In this document: one piece after another, positions 37,661 to 52,099 of the stretch
How positions within the stretch are numbered: the stretch's first letter is position 1
Layout of the letters: the number at the start of each line of letters is the position of its first letter
Assembly: GCA_021613535.1 (NCBI GenBank)
Contig: CP075493.1
Location: forward strand, 14,570,001 to 14,634,000
Length of the DNA: 64,000 nt
Direction of reading: 5' to 3'
Source of the DNA: Adineta vaga
Lineage: Eukaryota > Animalia > Rotifera
Program-made: the position numbers and the translations under genes
Notes under the pieces: model-generated
What the model saw: the letters and a program-made list of their open reading frames with translations, nothing else
Database searches by the model: none
Told to the model about the DNA's origin: nothing

Positions 37661-38361
37661 TGATCAGAGAAAAAATGAATGTCAGGTTGAGTGAGTTCAT
37701 ACTATATATATGAATTCCTTTGTGCTTATCCGTCTGCATCTTTATCAAGAGGTAACATTGTTGACTATACCGACCGGGCTGAACAAAAACAATCCAATGG
37801 AAACATGCGATATATATTCGTCGACTAACTTACGTCACATTCGACAGCAATATTATTTACGACATCATGTCAATATCAAACGAAACAAAACGCATGTTAC
37901 GTAATAATATAATTTTTTGCTACAAACTGACTTCTGCGGATTCATATTTTTAGCTGTGCCATAGAGAAGGCTGAAAGAAAGTCATTATTTTCAATCTATT
38001 GTAATAGGAAATTTATTTTTCTTTTATTGAAAATCAGTGAGGACATTAAACCATGTATCCTTAAAATTGAATTTTTATATTTTTAATTAAATTATTAAGC
38101 TGAATCACGCTTTAGCATCTAACTCAACTGTGATCAATAAAAAACTTCCAACTGATGCAATAGTTATAGTAAATCACCATGGAAATATCATCAGGTTCGT
38201 CTTGATTTAACCTACACCATCTTTCAATCAGATGATTAGATGTCCAAATAAGATCAATATCTACGTCTTACCGACGTTAGTTATAAGGAAAATCTGTTTA
38301 TTTGTTTTTCAAATAATAATGGAAATGAAATATACAAGAAGAAAAGAAAAATGATATGTAT

Positions 38362-40429
38362 TTAAACATCATAGAATTGTTCATCCATTGAATTCGAATT
38401 CAATTTTCTTCTTTTATTTGGTGATGTTTGTTGAACAACAAGTTGATGTCGTGTTAACATTCGATTCGTCTTTGGTGTCGATTGATCCGATGGATCAAAT
38501 CTAAATGTTCAAAGGAGAACATTTTTTACACGAACTATTTATCTTTCTCTTTGCCTTACTTTGTTCCACCATTTGTATGATTAGAAGATTTTTTATTATG
38601 TGGAGAATTTCTCTACAAGATTTAGATCAATAGAATGGAAAAACATAAAGTCGAATCAAATACCGTTGATTTTTTCTCTGAATTAGGATGAGGTGGTGTG
38701 TGACTTCGTGTTCGTGAAGCGACCGTTGATTGATTTTCACCTATTCGAGGTGTTGATAATTGATCGATTTCATCATCTGTAGAATCCCAACTAATACTTT
38801 TGAAATGAAAAGATAAATATTTCGATTTGGAACAAAAACTGATTTTCTTACTCAGATGTTGTTAATAGATTTCCAGTTGATCTTGTCGTTCTTTGTGAAA
38901 TACTCTATAAAAGAAATTCAATATATATCTTTATAGAAAAGAAAAGAATTCAAATACATTTTGATCCGATTGATTAACTCTTCGTCGTGTATAAAGTAAT
39001 TCTTTAACGTTTGTGGCTTTTGACGAAGTATTTGTTGTTGATGATGACGAAGAAACACGTCGAACAGAACGACGTTTTCCATTTAGAAGTTTTCGATCAG
39101 TGATCTCTTCACTTTGATTACTCGATGAAAGAGATGAGTTTGATTCAGTTCCATTTGATGATAATGATGTTGAAGAACTTGATGCAGTTGAAGCTGATGA
39201 ACACGATGATGATTCATCAACAACAATTGATCTACATATAAGATCAAAAATCTCATTTTAAACAATTTCTTGTTTATAAAAAGAAAAAACTAACGAAGCA
39301 CGACGACGACGTTTTTCTGAATTCATTATTGGTGATCGTTTTCCTTCAAAAAAACAAAACAAAACAATATAAATTGTAAGAGAAAGATTATATATTACTT
39401 GGTTGTGATTGATCATGATGACCATTCGATGATGTTGAACAACCAAGTTCTTCTAATAAACTTCGAATACCTAAAAATCAATTCAAATCTCAGTATAAAT
39501 CTACAAAAAATTGAAATACACGTCGATGATTGAAGATTAATCTTTCATATTGATCAGCAGAAAGAAATCGACTAATTTGATGAAGATCCATTCTTAAAAT
39601 AAACAAATAATCAACAAAAAGTAAAGAAAAAAGTAAACTTACGGTTGATCAGGTGAATAATTAAATCCAAGTGCATAATCTCGAATAAAATGTTTCAATT
39701 GTAATCTTCTTTGTATGGTTTGTTTATATGATCTTAATAAAACTAATTTAGCTTTATTTAATAATATTCTTGAACCATCTTGTTGAATATCTTCAAGAAA
39801 ATCTTGATCATTTGTTAATATTGGTAAACGATTTTCATCTTCATTTAAATATTCTCTTTCATATTCATCTCTATGTGGCATATATGTAAGAGTCTTTTGT
39901 TGTTCACTATCGATTAATAATGGTGGATAAATAATTGATTGATTTGGAAAATCTTTTTCATTAATTTGATTTTCACCAATTAATTGTTTCGTATTTCGAA
40001 ACGTTTGAAAATAAATTGAATATGGATTTGTTAAATGTGATAGATACATTTCTTCAAAATGAGTTTGACAATCTGATGAAGTTCGAGATAATTTCGAAGC
40101 AATATCAATCCAATTTCCTAATCCACATGTTTCAATCGCTTCAATTAAATTCATTTCATCATTACATAACCATTCACTGTTTCGATTATTATCTAATGGA
40201 ATATCATTTAACTAAATAGAAATTCAACGAGATTTATGTTTAATTAAGGAAATGTGAAATAAAAACTTACTTTGTAGGTTGATAGTGGATGTTGTTTTGA
40301 ATGTTCTCGTAATTGATTAACATTCATTGAACATTTTATACAAATTTTTATCGAACGTGATGGACTACATTTTAAACAAACTATTTCTAATGATGATGGA
40401 CGTATACAGCAATAATCACATTTATTCAT
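38362..40429 (-). CDS. TADA2: Transcriptional adapter 2 (ADA2/TADA2)-like protein: ZZ zinc finger, SANT domain and S/R-rich tail
   Basis: CDYC..CLKC..ICIKC..H...H ZZ finger, SANT (WLCNDEMNLIEAIETCGLGNWIDIASKL.RT..DC..HF) and ADA2 box YMPHRDEYEREYLNEDE. Multi-exon. Confidence 0.85.
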
Positions 40430-41088
40430 CGAAAGCAAGAATAATATATCAAATACGTTAACTAGAATAAAATTGAACCGTTCTTTTTTAATTATCTGAA
40501 ACGATTCATAATACAAAGGTCAAAGATTTCGACCAATGACATTTCTTCTAGGAATTTTTTATATAATACAGAATATAAGAAAAGATGTCGCTAATTACAA
40601 TTAGATTTCAATCTTTTTTTTACGTATGTTTTTGAAGAAAGATACAATAATGATTTCAAATGAATATAGTAACTCTCATATCACATTAGAAAATTCTTCT
40701 CCGATGTTTGTATAGTAACAATAAAGTAGAAATATTTAACCTCAAGCAATATCGGTAATAAAGTTTGTTCAAAGAAAGAAAAGAAAAGAAAAGAAAAATT
40801 GAATGAACAATTATCTGAAATAAATTATTAGAAAGATGAGAAAAGAATCAGAACGGTTGTTATTGACATTTCAAGATGTTGATTTGAAAGAAAAGAAAGA
40901 GAAAAGATTAAGAATCATTATTTGTGTAAATTTTCGAACAAAAAAAGAAAGAACGAGAACAGAAACATTTCTTTTTCGTTCTTGATTCTTTTTCTTTCAT
41001 TTAAACTGTTACTTTTTCTCTTCTACTTGAAAGAGAATTTTTTGTCAAAATAACAAACATAGTTAACGAAAGAAAATACGTTGAATAT

Positions 41089-43100
41089 ATGTCCGAAGAA
41101 AATTCATCGACGATAACCAGCGATCCATCAAATGAGAAAAAACAAGCCAAAACGAATGTCAGAAGACGATCAAGTCGAAAACGACATTCACTTTATGTTG
41201 AACCCAAACCCGTTTGTTTTATTGGACCAGGAAATAATGCTGAATTGTAAGTTTGATCTACATTCTTTTCTTCACGACACAATTATTTCTTTATTCCAAA
41301 AAGAATCGAAGAAATATTAAAATCAGCTGGTTATCAAAATCATCCGGAAAGAATTGATGAATATAAATTCAAATGGGTACAATGTAGTTATGAAGTGAAT
41401 TGGAATTTATTCAAAGATGGTGAACAAATTGTCAATCATATTCAAGGTGAAGATTATTTTACAAATAAATTACAATTATATCAATCATTACAAACGTATG
41501 AAAATACATCTCAAACAATAACGAAGCGTCCTTTGTCTTTTTTATCGATCAATGAATATCTTCCTCAAACATTCAAATTAGATGAAAAACATGATCGAGA
41601 TATTCTTTTCAATCTACATAAACGTTTGTTGATATAAATAGAATATAGTAATCACGATTAATTTGATTTGTTTTTATTTTTAGCTGGTGATGTTTGGATT
41701 TGTAAACCAAGTGGACTTAATCAAGGTGAAGTTTTTTACAATAAATATCATTTAAAAAAGAACTAAGATTTCATATTAGGAAAAGGAATTTATATTGTTC
41801 GAGATATTACTCAATTAAAAGAAAAATATGATAAATTAGAAGCAAATCCTAGATCAAAATCAAGTACATTTAGACAACAGAATAAACTCATTGTTCAACG
41901 GTTTGTTTTTATTTTTGAACAATGTTCCATCGATTTCTGTTTTATTGTTTTCAGTTATATAATGAATCCATTATTAATTCATGGTAAAAAATTTGATATT
42001 CGATGTTATATGTTAATTTCAAGTGTTCAACCACTTCTTGTTCATTATCATTCGGGTTATATTCGACTTTCAATGTTTGATTTTGATCAACATGATGAAA
42101 ATCTTCTAACACATCTTACTAATCAGGTTTTTATCTTATTCAAACTTTTTTTTTCGTTTACAATCTTTGTTTTATTAAAGTATATGCAGAAAAAAGATCC
42201 AAAATATCTTGAAATGAAAGAAGATACAGCATGGACTATGGAACAATTCAAGTAAGATGAATAAATATCATTGAAAATTAAAAAAATTGATTGTATTTTC
42301 TAGTGATTATATGAATGCATATATATTACCGAAGAAAAATCTTCCTCCAAATTGGGTTATGGAAGTTTTACCTGTGGGTGAATATAAGACTTTTTCTTCG
42401 CTAAATGATTATTTCATTTGTATTGTATAGAAACAAATTGAACGTATTATGTTAAATGTAATTGAAAGTATTCGAATGCGATTAAAACGACGTATTGGTT
42501 GTTTTGGTTTATATGGATATGATTTTATGATTGATCAAGATCTTAAAGTTTTATTGATTGAGATAAATGTTAATCCAGCTTTATCAACAAACACAAATAC
42601 ACTTGTTCAGGCAATTCCACCTGTTGTTAGAGAATCGATTTGTAAGTGAAATTGTTTATTCTCTTCTTTTAATTCTTTTTTCTTCATTAGTAATATCAAT
42701 TGAATGTTTTGACAAAATTCATCATGCTGAAAAAATATTTCCATTAAAATCTTTAACAACATTTCAATGTATTTATAATGAATTAGAAAGAAAATCTTCT
42801 TTGCCACCTATTCGACATAAACGTCAACTATCACCTTTTAAAGTTCCAATCAATCTGAACGAGAAAATTCTTCGAGAAAAAACAAATCTTTTTCAATCAG
42901 ATTCATATGAAAAAGAATCATCTAAAATATTGCAAAGATCTTTAACAAATCATCAATTATTGAGAACGTCAAAATCAGTAAATGAAATTCATCAACCAGA
43001 AAATAATCATCGACTATTAGCGAGAACAAAATCTGTTCGATCAAGATCTAAATCTTCGAATAGACTGAAACCAAATCAACCAACTCAAACGTCCTCATAA
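41089..43100 (+). CDS. TTLL10: Tubulin-tyrosine-ligase-like protein, polyglycylase TTLL10-like
   Basis: FIGPGNNA, FKDGEQIVNHI, WICKPSGLNQGKGIY, VQ.YIMNPLLIHGKKFDIRCYMLI, HLTNQYMQKKDPKY...KEDTAWTME and GYDFMIDQDLKVLLIEINVNPAL. Confidence 0.85.
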
Positions 43101-44667
43101 CCAAATGTTTTATTCACATTGAATATACAATCATCCAAATTTTCTTAATATATGTTTCATTATTTTAAAAACAAAAAAAGGTTTTTTTTTTGACATTGTT
43201 AAACAAAAGACGCAGTATGTGCCAAATCATTATTAATGTCAATTTCATATAAGATTAGTTATAATAGCAAACTGATTTGCAATCTATTGATTGATTGAAA
43301 ATCTATGCTTTTTTTCAACTCTTTTCTTCTTCTGATGAGTCCATTAATCTTTCATCGTATAAAGAAATCTTTCTACATGAAGCTATAATACTGCTGAGCA
43401 CTAATGATCTCATGGTTTTTTTTAGAAAACAAAAACAAACAAAGATGACGGGAAAAGAATGATGATGACGACTGAAAAAAATGACATAGATGTACAATTT
43501 TATTTTCAGAATTGAACAAAGTCAGAAAAGGCAATATAAGAATCTACAAACAATAAAGACAAAAAAATCTTGAATTAGTCAATATATCTTTTTCAGTTTT
43601 ACAATATTACCGTTCGTTATAATATTTAGAAGAAGATTTCGGTTCCGAACTTCGCAACCGCTTGAAACCGATCCGGAAATTCCAGAAATCACAAGATAAC
43701 CATGAAACTGATCGGTTCAGTAACTGATTTGTCGACATATGATATCTCTCTTTTGACCTTTTTCAGTAAAAATGTTTTGAATAAATCAATTTCGTCGGGC
43801 TAAAAAGAAATAGCATTAATTAAGGATAAGATATATCCAACAAAAAGATCAGAGGTATCGTAGATCTATTAACTTAGGACTGATTACTTTATAGCAAGTA
43901 ATCTAAAAGATTCAATAAACCATGCGATTACTTCTCTACATTACTTTAACTTTAATGAATTGACGTTTCGTATATTTCTACTAGTAATTACGTTTATTTT
44001 AAATCGATTATTAGATATATAGATAAAATTTCGCCGTGAATCTATCGTTTTGTTACGGTTTATGTTTCGAAAACGTATTGTAAACGGCTACGTTTTAATT
44101 GTTCTGAGTAAGAATGAATTTTACTACTTTTCTTTTAGTTCGAATCTTACAGATAAAATAAAAATATTTGCAATCGCACTTTGTTTTCTCATCGGCAATT
44201 AACACACACTTCGACAGATTCTTAATTAAATATTAAACAATCATTTTATTTTAAGACAAGAGAAATCTGTTCGATCAAAATCAAATTAACCTTTTCAACT
44301 CTCAACATATGTAAACGACGTTCTTTTCTTTTTCATTTTAATTATTTATAAACTACACTTATTAGACATATTCAACTATTACTCTAATTTATGATCACAA
44401 ACGCTCACAGCAAATTGCAAACATTCCTTTTACATGATAATGAATATAGTTAGTGATTGAATTGAATTTGAACATCTAATTTCTAAATAGATTTTCTTCA
44501 AAATTAATTAGAGAATGTCAATTGATAAAATCCATGAAAAATTATCAATATTTCTTTTTTTCAAAAGCATTATTTTCATTGGATGAGAATATATTCACTC
44601 ATATCACGTCGATAGATAAAGTCATTTATTTGTTTTTCATCTCTTTTTCTCCTACAATATATACTTA

Positions 44668-46068
44668 ATGGATAAAATTGAGTTTTTCGATGTTATTATT
44701 GTTGGTGCTGGTTTTGCTGGTCTATCAGCCGGAAAATATTTATCATCAAAATCTGTTCAATGTCTTGTAATTGAAGGTCGACCTCGTATTGGTGGACGGA
44801 CATTAAGTGAAAAAGTTTTTGATGAAAAATGGACAATTGATTTAGGTGGACAATGGATTGGACCACAACAAAATCGAATTCTATCTTTAATTGATCAATT
44901 CAATCTTCATCTAATTGAGCAAACATGGTATCATCAAGATCCAACACATTTAGGACAACAACTCGGTTTATCACCTTTAAATACTGATCAAATAGATAAA
45001 ATTGAAAAAGTGTGTCGTCAATGGGATGAAATGTCATTAGAATTACCAAACGTTGAAAATGCTTTAGAATATGAAAAAAGTTCTCAATGGTCACAAATAT
45101 CTGTTGCACAATTTATTCATGAACATCCATTAGTGATGAATGATGATCGAATAGAACAAGAATTAAAATTACATATATTAACATTAACTGGTAAGTTATT
45201 CATATTCGCTGTTATAAAACTATTTGAAAGATAAATTTTTTTCTTTTGAAAAACAAAAGCATGTGATGCAGAAAATGTTTCATTACTATATTGGTTGATT
45301 TTGATTCGTTCAATACCAGGCGGATTAAAAAATCTGGATGATGGTTTAAATGGTGCTCAACATTATAAGATTTCATCAGGTACTCAACATCTTTGTCAGC
45401 GAATATCAGAAAACCAAAATGTTCGTTTAAACGATCCTTTATTATCAATCAATTATCAATCTAATGATCAACTTCTCTTAACATTGAAATCAGGTGCACA
45501 AATTCGATGTCAACGTGTTCTTTTAGCATTTTCTCCATCATTACTTTCGACAATTGAATTTCTTCCATCGTTATCATCCGAAAATTATTCGTCAATGACA
45601 ATGGGACAATGTATTAAAACAATATTTATTTATGCAAAACCATTTTGGAGAAATATTTTAGTTAATCAAACCGATCAATTCGGTCCTTGTTCAAATATAT
45701 TCGAGTCAAATTATCCAATTGCACTTATTGGATTAGTTTTAGGTGAAAGAGCGTCTTATTGGTGTAAAAGAGATCAAAATGAACTAATTGAATCAATAAT
45801 CGAACAATACTCAATTCTTTATAATACAGATGAAAAACCATTGCAAACATTTGTTCAATATTGGCCAAAAGAAAGTTTAAGTAAAGGTTGTTATGCTGCT
45901 GTCTATCCTGCAAGTTTATCTTCGACATGGAGAAATCGAACAAAACCTTTAATTGATGGACGAATTTGGTTAGCAAGTACAGAAATGGCTCTAGAATGGA
46001 TTGGATATATTGAAGGTGCAATTGAAGCGGGAGAAAGATTTGCACAACAAATTCATCAATCGCTCTAA
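44668..46068 (+). CDS. Flavin-containing amine oxidase (MAO family), 2 exons
   Basis: DVIIVGAGFAGLSAG, EGRPRIGGRT, DLGGQWIGPQQNRI, YAKPFWR and ASTEMALEWIGYIEGAIEAGER. Intron 45191-45259 joins the two ORFs in frame. Confidence 0.93.
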
Positions 46069-46515
46069 TTCTTTCTATTTTTTGATTTTCATAAATGCTT
46101 TCAACTAATGAATGAAATAGGGTGTAAAACCACTTTAAAGAGATAAAAAAAATGACACAAGTTTATCATCTAATTGCACCAATTAAAATAGTTATAAATA
46201 TCATTTCTTGTCAATTTATCTAATCAATCGAAATGCTCGTAGTTGAATTTAATGAAAAAAAAACAATTCATTTGAGAATAGACAAGGTTTTTGCCAAAAA
46301 TAATATTCCCACAAGAATTATGGATGATCAAAATACACAGGAAACTGAGGAGGCGATAAGTTCTTGTTTCGGAAAAAGATATTTCACTATAATTATCGAG
46401 AAAGAAATAGATTTTGACAAATTCTTTTTTATTTCGATGAAAATTGAAGGGTTTCAAATATGTTAAAGACATAATCAATGTGGGAAACGCAAAAATTTCT
46501 TGTCTGATTAGAATT

Positions 46516-46842
46516 TCATGTTTTTTTGTTTTTCTTATTGGATTTTTGAACTTGTTTTTCTTGAAGGCAATTGATTATTTTTGTTGATATATCATTTTTC
46601 AATGGTCGAAGTATAAATGAACGTAAACGACGAACACAATTTAATACTTCACTTGTTTTCCACTTTTTTTGGTTCATTTCTGCTGGTGAGGATGAACTAT
46701 CACTACCTAAAGATATAAATAATAAATATAAATGAATTCTTCTAGGAAAAAAAACGAGATTGTTTTAACCATCTATTGGGATAGTGAACACTTGTTGTAT
46801 AATAAGAAAGAGGAGAAGAAGATACGCAAAACGTTTGTCCAT
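46516..46842 (-). CDS. Small secreted cationic peptide precursor (87 aa, 2 exons; absent from the ORF track)
   Basis: ATG at 46842 and a 63-nt GT-AG intron (46707-46769) give MDKRFAYLLLLFLIIQQVFTIPIDGSDSSSSPAEMNQKKWKTSEVLNCVRRLRSFILRPLKNDISTKIINCLQEKQVQKSNKKNKKT*. Confidence 0.65.
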
Positions 46843-48983
46843 TTGTATACAAATGCGCAAGAATATATGTTATCATTCTGATCGAGCACTTGTCATGTCT
46901 AAACAAATGTATACAGATAAGAATATCATTATTCTTCAGATGAATATCTTCGTCTCGAAATAGAATCTGTGGATGTATATTAATGAAATAAGAACGTGCT
47001 AAGATGAAATGTATATATGATTATTAATTATTCCTCGGAGAATTTTATTCAAATTGACGCCTCTCTCGACAGATTAAGATGCACGTAAGATTTATATCGG
47101 TCTCTTTTTCTTCGGTTTATTTTATGAGATATACATGAAAAGTTGTATTTAATATAGTTTATCTTTCAATTCGAATAGATAGTGGATATAATGTATACAC
47201 TTGTTTGATTATCAATTCAATCTTTAACAATTACAAAGAAAAATTTGATTGGAAAATAAGATAGAGAAACGTGAAACTTGTTCCTCACCCGAAGATTTTC
47301 CTTCGTTTTCTGTCAAAAAGAATTAAATAATTTGCAGAGATTTCATCATCAAAGACTATTCGTCATACAATCTCTTTTGACAATGTCACGGAACCAAAAA
47401 AAATTATATATATGTTCGCCCCTTTCCTTTCCTTTTTTTCTTCCTTTTTCTCAGTTTTCTTCCCTCTATATTCTTGTTTCTTTTCTTATTCATTAAGAAA
47501 GAAGAAGAAAAACCAAGAATTACGATTGGGAATCGGTTTCATTACATTAAAAACAAACAAAGTTTATTATCATTAACAAGTAAGATTCTAAAAGAGATTT
47601 TATTATTCATTTATTTTTTTCTTCCATTCGAATTAAGTCGAATAAAATGTTTGATAAGATAAAAAAAATCTTGATGAGATAGAAATTGTCTATTGAAGTG
47701 TCTATCTCTATCTGTCATCTTTCAGATTTGATTAGAAATCCACCCTTCAGATCGTATTTTGCTCGTATATGTCATCACCTATCATCAATATTACTTTCTT
47801 CTTTCTCCTTTCTTTGTTTTACTTCTTGTAAAACTTATAGAAGAAAAAGGTGTTTGATCTCATTCTTGCACTCAAGTTAATAATGACAAACGGCTTTTTT
47901 AATTGTTCGTTTTTTGCATTTTTTTTCTCTTCGCCTTCTTCTTCTTCTCCTCGTTCGATTAAAAAATCATGTTTTGTCGTGGTGACGAAGATGATGATCT
48001 TCATCATAATTGTCGTCGTTCAAAACACAATTAAAGCGGAAATGACAAGAAACTACTTGGATGATGATTTTCGTATAGATGTATGAGAAAATGTAACGAG
48101 AAATGCCTTTTTCTTCTCCTTCTTCTTCTTCTGCTTCTTGTCGTCGTTTATAATGAAAAAAAACACGATGATGATGATGATCAGAAAAAAATACACAACG
48201 ACGAAAATGAACGAGTTTAGTTTACTCGATTGAACTATGGTTCAAATAAGCCGAATAATTTAATCAAAATGTCATTTCAGTTCATTATCGTCTCAACAAA
48301 ATCTATTTTGAAATTTGGGAGAAAAAAGATATTGTCTACAATTAAAAGTAACAAGAAACAATTGATATTGGTTTCGTGTTCATCTGACAAATAAATATAT
48401 ATGTATGTATGTATTTAAATGAATGACATGTGTCTTTTGAGTATAGAAATGTGCGTGACAAACAAGTGTCGGAAGTCAGCTGTTGCTTATCTTTATATTG
48501 TTAATCAAATCATTTTCTTCGGTCTCTTTCTTCTTCTATACATATTTACCATCAATTTTATCGATAAAATCATTGATTTTTTTACCTCATCTTTATTTCT
48601 CAAAGAAATGTCAAAAAAGAAGAAGAAGAAGAAGAAGGCGAAGAAGAAAAAGAGGAGAAAGCAGAGAAACATATTCTAGCCTGAAGACTTACTCACATCA
48701 ATTATAATATCTCGAAAGAAACAGATAGAGAGAATGTGTCGATGAAAGAACATGCTGAGAGAAAAGATATTGAAGAGAACCTATCGAAGATTATTTTATA
48801 TGAAAAAGAAAACTCATAGAAAAATCTCCCAATGACACACTTGGGAATATAGGAACTGTTTTCTAGACTAACTGATCATCTCATATATCATCTACTCAAT
48901 CAATAACAAACATTTGTTTTGAAAACCGAAAACAAAACAAACTCCGAGTATATTTATCTCGATTTAATGAACATAAAAAAAAT

Positions 48984-51900
48984 ATGATGAAAAAAACAAA
49001 TGATATGAGCAAGATTGAAACGCAAAGACATTCAAATGGAAATGATATTAATTATGAAACAGGTTAGGTTCTCTTCTTTTTTTTTTCTTTTTTTTCTTGC
49101 AAGAAGAAAAAGACGAAGGAAAAATGTCAATGAAAAAAAAAAGGAAAAAAAAACAATTTTTGGATTATTTTTCTAAAGAGTTTGTTTAGTTAAGAAAAAA
49201 GAAGATGGAAACGATTAGCAGCCGAGTATTATCACATGCTGATACTAAAGACAATAGGAGGGGAGAGAAAATATACTTCTGATCCATTCTAAAGAAAGAG
49301 AAGATGATAATCGTATTGATTTTTATTTAGAAAAAACTCTTAGTGATCAATCAATCAATATTATCAAGGAAAATTTAAATTCAAAAATTTGTGAAGACGA
49401 AACAACAACAGAAATCAAATTAAGTCTACTATCGGCAAGCAATTCATCAAATAATCGTCATCGTTATCATCCAAAAACTTCATCAAATGTTCAAGGAGAA
49501 TTTACATTACCAACAAATCCACCCATAACAGTCACAATTCAACCACAAAATAATTTAACAAATGAAAGTTTTGAAAGAATTCATTCATTTCATGATGATC
49601 ATATCTATTCACCTGATCAAATTCATCAATTAATCAATGAACATCGAATTAGTAACGATACTTCACTAAGAGGAGCATCCACTATTGTTAATTATTTTAT
49701 GGATCTATTAAAACCAAGTGATAATAAATTAGCTATGAAATTATTTGGAAGTAAAAAAGGTCTTCTAAAAGAACGTTTACGACAACAAAGATCTGGTCAT
49801 TGTATAATTCATCCTTGTTCAAATTTTCGGTAAAAAACAGAAAATTTTCTTTTTTTGCCTTTTTTAACGTACAAAATTTGAATTTATTCTTTAGTTTTTA
49901 TTGGGATTTAGTCATGTTAATATTATTAATAACAAATGTTATTGTTCTACCAGTTGCTATTGCATTTTTCAGTGAAGAGATCAATTCATTACGATGGATT
50001 ATTTTCAATGTTATTTCAGATGCTTTTTTTCTTTTTGATATTGTAGTCAATTTTCGAACAGGTGATATTTGATCCTATTAAAGAAAAGTCAGTTATTGTG
50101 TTTTTCTCTAGGTGTTTTAAGAAATGATTATATTGATGAAATTATTCTTGAACCACGTTTAATTGCTATGCATTATGTAAAAACATGGTTTATGATTGAT
50201 TTATTAAGTTCATTACCAGTGGATTATTTATTTTTATTTCTCGATACTGGTGATTATACAGGTGGTTATTCAATAGCTCGAACTGGACGAGCGATTAAAG
50301 TTCTACGACTTGTTAAATTACTTTCATTATTACGATTACTTCGATTATCACGTCTCGTCAGATATATTCATCAATGGGAAGAGGTTTGTATTGAATAAGT
50401 AAATATATACATATATGTATATTGAAAGTAACGATCCATTATCTAATTCATTTTTCATAACGGAAGGAAACATTAATATATTTTTTTTTCGCGTTGATAA
50501 AAATGTCGAATCACGTTCGATTAAGAAAATACTTTCAAGAAAGAAGAAAGACGACTAGAATAATGTTTTATATTCTCCTTTTAGTTTTTATCAATAGCAA
50601 GTATGGTTATGCGTATATTAAATCTATTAGCATTAATTATATTATTAGCACATTGGAATGGATGTTTACAATTTATGATTCCAATGTTTCAAAATTTTCC
50701 GTCAGATTGTTGGGTCGCACTTAATGGCCTACAGAATGCACCATGGACTGAACAGTATACAGTTGCATTATTCAAAGCACTTTCACATATGTTATGTATT
50801 GGTTATGGAAGATATCCTCCACAAAGTTATGTTGATATGTGGTTAACAATGCTTTCAATGGGTAGAAAAATCTATTCTTTTTGATTTTTTTAATTAATTT
50901 TTTATCAAATAAATTTAGTTATTGGTGCAATGTGTTATGCAGTAACTATTGGTCATGTTTCTGCACTTGTTCAAAGTTTCGATACATCAAGAAGATTGTA
51001 TAATGAAAAAGTAATTAAAATTGTTGTTTAATCTTGTTTTTTTTTTGGTATTAAAAAAGTTCATTTAGTTCAAACAAGTAGAAGAATATATGGCTTGGAG
51101 AAAATTACCACGACAGATGAGAAATCGAATATCGGATTATTATGAACATCGATATCAAGGGAAAATCTTTCATGAAGACACAATTCTAGTTGAACTTTCC
51201 GAAAGATTAAGATTGGTTTGTTTTGTTTCTTGTTTTCAAAAAGAATATTCCTCTTCGATTTTCAAAGGATGTTATTAATTATAATTGTCGTTCACTTGTC
51301 TCATCAGTTCCATTTTTTGCCAATGCAGATCCGAATTTTGTTTCTGATGTTGTTACTAAATTACATTTTGAAGTCTTTCAACCTGGTGATCAAATCATTA
51401 TTGAAGGAACAATTGGTAATAAAATGTATTTCATACAGGAAGGTGTTGTTGATATTATTAAATCAGATGGAACAGTTTTAACAACACTTTCCGATGGATC
51501 TTATTTCGGAGGTTTGTACTTTTCGCCTATTTTTTCTCTTATTTCAGTTCCATTTTTCTTCTTTAGAAATTTGTTTATTAACACGAGCAAAACGTGTTGC
51601 AAGTGTTCGTTGCGTAACTTATTGTAATTTATATTCATTAGATTCCTCACAATTTGAATTAGTTCTTGAATCTTATCCATTAATGAGACGAACAATGGAA
51701 TCAGTTGCGGCTGAAAGACTTAATAAACTAGGAAAGAATCCATCAATAATTTCTACACGTCATGATTTAAAACGCGATGCAGCTGTATTAAAAAATATGA
51801 TTGATCATGCAACTCCTCAACCATCAAGTGATTCATCATCGGATAGTGATTCATCATTTGAAATGTCCAATCTAAATAAAAAAAGTGATTTTAAATCATC

Positions 51901-52099
51901 TTTATCACATTTACATGAAGAATTTAAAAAATCTTTTATTGTTAATCGTTTAAGTACGGATCGACGAAAATCAACATCGGAAGATAAGAAAATGAAATGT
52001 GTAAATAAAACGTATTTGACTGCACCAAATTCCAATCAAAATCAAATAAAAAAATCTCCGTCCACACCTATGGACATTTACAATAAAACTAATCAATAA
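48984..52099 (+). CDS. HCN: Hyperpolarization-activated cyclic nucleotide-gated channel
   Basis: [27 protein letters not shown]4 segment [27 protein letters not shown], pore [10 protein letters not shown], and CNBD FQPGD..FGEICLLT..RVASV. The first exon (48984-49062, spliced to 49295) is less certain. Confidence 0.96.

Larger units (their letters stand above)
31947..40429. repeat. Direct tandem duplication: 31947-35548 and 36588-40429 (offset ~4640 bp), plus a third partial unit at ~30610-31130
   Basis: Long near-identical blocks, including non-coding DNA, read directly from the sequence. Confidence 0.97.

Noticed and set aside
37710-37904. 64-aa plus-strand ORF divergent from TMb
   Set aside because: The duplicate at ~33069 has an in-frame TAG and there is no recognisable motif.
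43630-43740. GC-richer segment with CCG/CGG dyads, possible MITE remnant
   Set aside because: No clear paired termini or target-site duplication.
47278-48707. Several short ORFs with poly-K, poly-R, poly-F or poly-S runs
   Set aside because: They arise from GAA/CTT and poly-A/T tracts in the long upstream region of the HCN gene; no coding signature.
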